Source of the DNA: Anaeromyxobacteraceae bacterium
Lineage (GTDB): Bacteria; Myxococcota; Myxococcia; Myxococcales; Anaeromyxobacteraceae
Direction: 5' to 3'
Length of the DNA: 64,000 bases
NCBI GenBank assembly: GCA_047602405.1
Contig: JASGHJ010000001.1
Location: 2,144,001 to 2,208,000, forward strand
Shown: positions 59,570 to 64,000 of the stretch, piece by piece
Layout: each line of letters starts with the position of its first letter
Position numbering within the stretch: the stretch's first letter is position 1
Notes under the pieces: generated by a model
The model's input: the letters and a program-made list of their open reading frames with translations, nothing else
What the model was told of the DNA's origin: nothing
The model's database searches: none
Position numbers and translations under genes: made by a program

Positions 59570-61573
59570 CTACCGCCCGCCCGCGAGGCGCGCCGCGGTC
59601 TCCGTGAGCCCGCGGGCCTCGTCGTCCCGGCCCTGCGCCCGGCAGACGTCGGCGAGGGCCGAGTATCCCTCGGCCACCCCGGGCGCGAGGGCGATCGCCT
59701 GGCGCAGCGCGCGCTCGGCCTCCTCGAGGCGACCTCTGCGCGCGAGCGCCCACCCCAGGTAGAAGTGGTGCTCCGCCGCGCCCGGCGCGATCGCCACCGC
59801 CCTCCCGTAGTGCGGGATCGCCTCGGCAGGCCGGCCCAGCCGCACGAGGCAGTGCCCGGCTGCGAGCTCCGCGGCCGAGAGGCGGGCGTCGAGCGCGAGC
59901 GCCCTCAGGTACCAGCCGAGGGCCTCCTCGAGGCGGCCGCCCTGCTCCGCGGCCCTGCCGAGTCCGAGGAGCGTGTCCGGATCGCCCTGCTCGAGCTCGA
60001 GGGCCCGCCGCAGGTGAGGTAGGGCCTCCCCGGCGCGCCCCAGCTCCACGAGGAGGAGCCCCATTCGCTTGTGGCCTTCGGCGTAGTCCGGGCCGAGTGC
60101 GATGGCCCGCTCGAAGTGGGCGATCGCGCGGTCGGGCGCCGCCGTCCCGAGCCCCACGCCGAGGTTGCTCTCCATGATCACGAGCTGATCGAGCCTGGGA
60201 TCCTCGAAGAGCCGTGCGTTGGCGGCCGCCCCCGCCACGAGCGCGAGCCCGCAGGCGAGGGCGGTGGCCCCGGGGTGGCGCCGGATCCGGCCGGGAGCGA
60301 GGCGCGGCAGGCCCGCCACCGCGAGCAGGATGAGCAGCGGCGCGAGCGGTAACCGGTACCGAGCCATGACGTAGAAGGCGACGACCGTCGCGGCGTACAC
60401 GCCGAGGAGCGCCGGCACGACCCAGGCGCGCCGCCAGAAGCCCCAGGACAGCACCAGCCCCGCGACCGCGGCGGGCACGAGCACCCCCAGGTGCAGCACC
60501 GCCATGAGGGCCGAGAGCAGCCGTGACCACTCCGCGTAGGCGGCCGGCATGTCGACGTCTCCGACCTCGACCGCGTTCACCAGGAGCGCGAGCTTCCTGC
60601 CGAGCAGCCGCAGCCATGCGCCCGGGGAGTCCCGGACGAACGCGAGCACCTGCCCCGTCCACCAGTGCGAGACCTCGCCCGCCGTGAGGGCCCTCCCGGC
60701 CCCCTCCTCGGCGATCCGCCGCGCGTCCGCCGCCTCGTACACGGCGTCGCCGTGGCCTGGCACGACGGGCTGGTACATGCCGCTCGCGTCCGGGTTGTTC
60801 CCGATGAAGAGGTTCGGGCCGAGCTGCGAGGTGGTGAGGGCGAGGTCGCCTCCCACGGCCGCGTTGCGGACGAGCACCGGGCCGAGCACGGCGAGGAGCC
60901 CCGCCGCGAAGAGCCCGAGCGCGCGGCCCGGGCGGCCGGGGGCCCGGCTCCGCACGAGGATCCAGCCTCCGAGGGGGAGCACCAGCGCGAGCGCGTTCTC
61001 GCGCGTGAGGCCGAGCAGGCCGAGGGCGACGCCCGCGAGGGCCCAGGCCCGGAGGGCGCGCGTCCGTCGCTCCCACGCGAGCGCCGCCAGGAGCGCCGAG
61101 ACGAGCGCGAGGTCGAGCGCGCTCTTCTGCAGGAGGAGGTCGTGGAAGATGGCGGAGGGCCACGCGGCGAGGAGGAGGCCCGCTGCGAGCCCCCGGCGCG
61201 GGCCGAGGAGGAGGGACGCGGCCCAGGCGAAGAGGCCGCAGCCGGCAGCGCCGAGCAGGAGCTGGACGACGCGCGGCGCGAGGAGGCCGGGACCGAACAG
61301 CTTCATGTTCACGGCGAGGAAGTAGGGGTACAGGGGAGCCTGGTAGAAGGTGCCCTCACCCAGCCACGCGCCGCCTGCGATCCGGGTGGCCCAGGCGTGG
61401 TAGCTGCGCGCGTCTCCGATCAGGACCCGGAGCGCGTCGGCGTCCCGGAGCTCCCACAGGTACGCGAACCGCAGCGCGAGGGCGACGACCACGACCGCCG
61501 CCACGGTGATCGCCCGCGATCGGGCGGTTCGCGCCGGGCAGGGGGCGGGGCGGTGATCGGCGGCGGTCTTCAC
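59570..61573 (-). CDS. GT-C (ArnT/PMT-like) membrane glycosyltransferase with C-terminal TPRs
   Basis: DARSY..WA..IA, FYQAPLYPYFLA, NLFIGNNP, RYRLP, several TPR repeats. Confidence 0.85.
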   Translation of the reverse strand: MKTAADHRPAPCPARTARSRAITVAAVVVVALALRFAYLWELRDADALRVLIGDARSYHAWATRIAGGAWLGEGTFYQAPLYPYFLAVNMKLFGPGLLAPRVVQLLLGAAGCGLFAWAASLLLGPRRGLAAGLLLAAWPSAIFHDLLLQKSALDLALVSALLAALAWERRTRALRAWALAGVALGLLGLTRENALALVLPLGGWILVRSRAPGRPGRALGLFAAGLLAVLGPVLVRNAAVGGDLALTTSQLGPNLFIGNNPDASGMYQPVVPGHGDAVYEAADARRIAEEGAGRALTAGEVSHWWTGQVLAFVRDSPGAWLRLLGRKLALLVNAVEVGDVDMPAAYAEWSRLLSALMAVLHLGVLVPAAVAGLVLSWGFWRRAWVVPALLGVYAATVVAFYVMARYRLPLAPLLILLAVAGLPRLAPGRIRRHPGATALACGLALVAGAAANARLFEDPRLDQLVIMESNLGVGLGTAAPDRAIAHFERAIALGPDYAEGHKRMGLLLVELGRAGEALPHLRRALELEQGDPDTLLGLGRAAEQGGRLEEALGWYLRALALDARLSAAELAAGHCLVRLGRPAEAIPHYGRAVAIAPGAAEHHFYLGWALARRGRLEEAERALRQAIALAPGVAEGYSALADVCRAQGRDDEARGLTETAARLAGGR

Positions 61574-61665
61574 GGGGGCCGGACTCTAGTCCCCGGAGAG
61601 GTCGGAGGTCACGCCCGTCCAGCCGGGAGGAACGGCCTTCGGTCACGCGTAAGTCCCCGCCAGCC

Positions 61666-61694
61666 TTGACAGAGGCGGGCAGACCGTCTAAACC
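61666..61694 (+). promoter_or_regulatory. putative sigma-70 promoter of rpsU-yqeY-dnaG
   Basis: TTGACA-N17-TAAACC. Confidence 0.55.
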
Positions 61695-61796
61695 GCCCCG
61701 GAGCCGCGCGTGAGAGCCGGACGCCCAACGGGGGAGTCCGGCTCGTTTGCGTTTCGGCGAACGACCATAAACCCGCGAATTAGCGAGGGGATCGGC

Positions 61797-61991
61797 ATGA
61801 CCGGAGTCCGCGTCAAGGAAGGCGAGTCCTTCGAGAACGCCATGAAGCGCTTCAAGAAGCAGTGCGAGAAGGCCGGCATCCTCTCGGAGATCCGCAAGCG
61901 CGAGCACTACGAGAAGCCGTCCGTGAAGCGCAAGAAGAAGGCGCTCGCCGCGAAGAAGCGGGCGATGAAGAAGAGCCGCAAGAGCTTCTAG
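61797..61991 (+). CDS. rpsU: 30S ribosomal protein S21
   Basis: [20 protein letters not shown]. Confidence 0.97.
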   Translation: MTGVRVKEGESFENAMKRFKKQCEKAGILSEIRKREHYEKPSVKRKKKALAAKKRAMKKSRKSF

Positions 61992-62038
61992 CCGGTCCGC
62001 AGCACGCCGCGAGAGGCAGCACGGGAGAGGCACGCGCC

Positions 62039-62488
62039 ATGGCGCTCAAGGACCAGCTCGACGCGGATCTCAAGGCCGCGATGCGCGAGAAGGCGCAGCT
62101 GAGGCTGGACACCGTCCGGATGCTGAAGAGCGCGATCAAGTACCGCGAGATCGAGCTCATGAAGCCGCTCGACGACGCGGGCGTCCTCGGCGTCGTCTCC
62201 TCCGAGATCAAGCGGCGCAAGGACTCGATCGAGCAGTACCGCGCCGGCAACCGCGCGGACCTCGTGGAGAAGGAGGAGGCGGAGCTCGCCATCCTCCAGG
62301 GCTACCTGCCCGCGCAGCTCTCCGAGGCCGAGGTGAAGGCCAAGATCGAGGACGTCGTGAAGCGCGTGGGCGCCCAGGGTCCGAGGGACATGGGCAAGGT
62401 GATGAAGGAGCTCCAGCCCGAGATCCAGGGTCGGGCGGACGGAAAGACCGTCTCGGAGCTCGTCAAGGCGAGGCTGGCCGGGAAGTAA
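62039..62488 (+). CDS. GatB/YqeY domain protein
   Basis: DLKAAMR, KRRKDSIEQY, YLPAQLS, DMGKVMK, GRADGK. Confidence 0.93.
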   Translation: MALKDQLDADLKAAMREKAQLRLDTVRMLKSAIKYREIELMKPLDDAGVLGVVSSEIKRRKDSIEQYRAGNRADLVEKEEAELAILQGYLPAQLSEAEVKAKIEDVVKRVGAQGPRDMGKVMKELQPEIQGRADGKTVSELVKARLAGK

Positions 62489-64000
62489 GTGATCCCCGAG
62501 GCGGTCATCGAGCAGATCCGCGACCGCGTCGACGTGGTGGCGGTGATCGGCCGCCACATGGATCTGAAGCGGTCCGGCCGCACGTGGAAGGGCAACTGCC
62601 CGTTCCACGGCGAGCGCACGCCGAGCTTCCACGTCTACCCGGAGGACAAGCACTACAAGTGCTACGGGTGCGGGGCGTACGGCAACGTGTTCACCTTCCT
62701 CCAGCAGCTCCAGGGCAAGGACTTCCCGGCCGTGGTGCGCGAGCTCGCCGCCGAGTGCGGGATCGAGATCCCGGAGGGCTCGGAGGAGGAGTCGGCCGAG
62801 GTCCGCCGCCGGCGCAAGGAGCGCAACGAGCTCCTCGCCGCGAACGACGCCGCGGCCCGCTACTGGGCGGCCCGGCTCGCCTCGACGCACGGGGCGGACG
62901 CGCGCGGCTACCTCGAGCGGCGCGGTGTCGGCGAGGAGTCGGTGAGGAAGTTCCGGCTCGGGATCGCCGCGGACGCGTGGGAGGACATCGCGCCCCGCCT
63001 CGCGAGGAAGGGCATCGGCGAGGAGGCCGTGAAGAACGCCGGCCTGCTCGTGCCCCGCCAGAACAAGCCCGGCCACTACGACCGCTTCCGCGGCCGGCTC
63101 ATGTTCCCGATCGCCGCGATGGACGGCCAGGTGATCGGCTTCGGCGGCCGCGCGATGGGCGACGAGCAGGGGGCGAAGTACCTCAACACCCCCGAGACCG
63201 CCCTCTACAAGAAGTCGAAGGTCCTCTACGGCCTCGACCTCGCCCGCGAGACCATCCGCAAGACCCGGCAGGCCGTGCTCGTCGAGGGCTACTTCGACGT
63301 GATCGGGCTGCACCAGGTCGGCGTGACGAACGCGGTCGCGGTGTGCGGCACCGCGCTCACGCCCGAGCACGTCGAGCTCCTCGCCCGGCTCGACTGCCGG
63401 GAGATCACCGTGCTCTTCGACGGCGACTCGGCCGGCCTCGCCGCGCCGGGCAAGGCCGCGGCCGCGCTCCTGCCCGCGGGCATGAACGGGCGGGTGGCGA
63501 TGCTGCCCGCCGACGGCGGGAAGACCGACCCCGACGACTACGCCCGCGCGAACGGCCGGGCCGGCGTCGAGGCGCTCCTCAAGGCGGCGACCCCGCTCTC
63601 CCAGTTCCTCGTCGACCGGGCGGTCGAGAAGGCGTGCGGCGACCGGCCGGCCGAGGCGTCGCTCGAGGCGAAGGTCCTCGCCGTCCGGGAGCTCGCGCCG
63701 TACGTGCGGATGACTCCGGAGGGGCTCGCGCGTTCCGTCTTCGAGGACACCATCGCGAAGAAGCTCGATCTCGACGTGCAGGCGCTCCGCGCCGAGCTGG
63801 CCGGCCCCGCCGACCGGCCCCGGTCCGGGCCCGCCCGGGCGGAGCCGCCGTCCGGCGCGCCCGGTCCGGGCCCCGGTCCGGCCGCACCTTCGCGCCCGCG
63901 CGAGGGGGGTCGCCCGTGGGAGGGGAAGCCCTGGGAAGGTCGGTCCCGTCAGGGTCCCCCCGCTCCGGGGTCGAATGTCCGGGCCCGCGCGATCCTGCCC
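62489..64000 (+). CDS. dnaG: DNA primase (3' end outside the window)
   Basis: Manual translation from GTG 62489: CPFHGERTPSF..CYGC zinc finger, DRFRGRLMFPI, KYLNTPET, VEGYFDV, FDGD, DPD. Confidence 0.96.
   Translation, partial: MIPEAVIEQIRDRVDVVAVIGRHMDLKRSGRTWKGNCPFHGERTPSFHVYPEDKHYKCYGCGAYGNVFTFLQQLQGKDFPAVVRELAAECGIEIPEGSEEESAEVRRRRKERNELLAANDAAARYWAARLASTHGADARGYLERRGVGEESVRKFRLGIAADAWEDIAPRLARKGIGEEAVKNAGLLVPRQNKPGHYDRFRGRLMFPIAAMDGQVIGFGGRAMGDEQGAKYLNTPETALYKKSKVLYGLDLARETIRKTRQAVLVEGYFDVIGLHQVGVTNAVAVCGTALTPEHVELLARLDCREITVLFDGDSAGLAAPGKAAAALLPAGMNGRVAMLPADGGKTDPDDYARANGRAGVEALLKAATPLSQFLVDRAVEKACGDRPAEASLEAKVLAVRELAPYVRMTPEGLARSVFEDTIAKKLDLDVQALRAELAGPADRPRSGPARAEPPSGAPGPGPGPAAPSRPREGGRPWEGKPWEGRSRQGPPAPGSNVRARAILP

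Noticed and set aside
63800..63900. CCCGGTCCGGGCCC repeats in dnaG
   Set aside because: They encode a Pro/Gly linker in the variable C-terminal part of primase; too short to call an element.

Overview
Very GC-rich (Anaeromyxobacter-like myxobacterial) chromosomal window. It contains a complete minus-strand type II secretion operon (gspC-D-E-F-G-H-I-J-K-L-M-N) with a consensus sigma-54 promoter and an adjacent NtrC-family activator. Housekeeping genes follow: rpmE, rho, ligA, acyP, a TIGR03960/03936 radical SAM fusion, an RNase E/G, yihY and an IHF/HU subunit. A myxobacterial non-flagellar T3SS-like cluster (sctV-U-T-S-R, fliO-like, sctQ, then sctJ and rod/needle-like genes) is split by an M16 peptidase pair and a Sel1-repeat gene. 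The rest holds pstS, an M13 peptidase, a P450, a VIT1 protein, the his operon (hisA and hisF each carry a +1 frameshift) and rpsU-yqeY-dnaG. The most unusual element is a ~1.6 kb cassette (22838-24480) between acyP and the radical SAM gene. Two convergent, divergent (~54% aa identity) four-helix-bundle (23S rRNA IVP/Avd-like) genes are each preceded by a much better conserved ~225-nt non-coding leader. That leader contains a ~140-nt rod-like hairpin that sequesters the RBS, and each leader is preceded by a G-rich tandem repeat array. A separate family of short hairpin repeats with GNA triloops is scattered through the window, with in-frame copies inside gspI and ligA. All calls are by eye; no searches were run.
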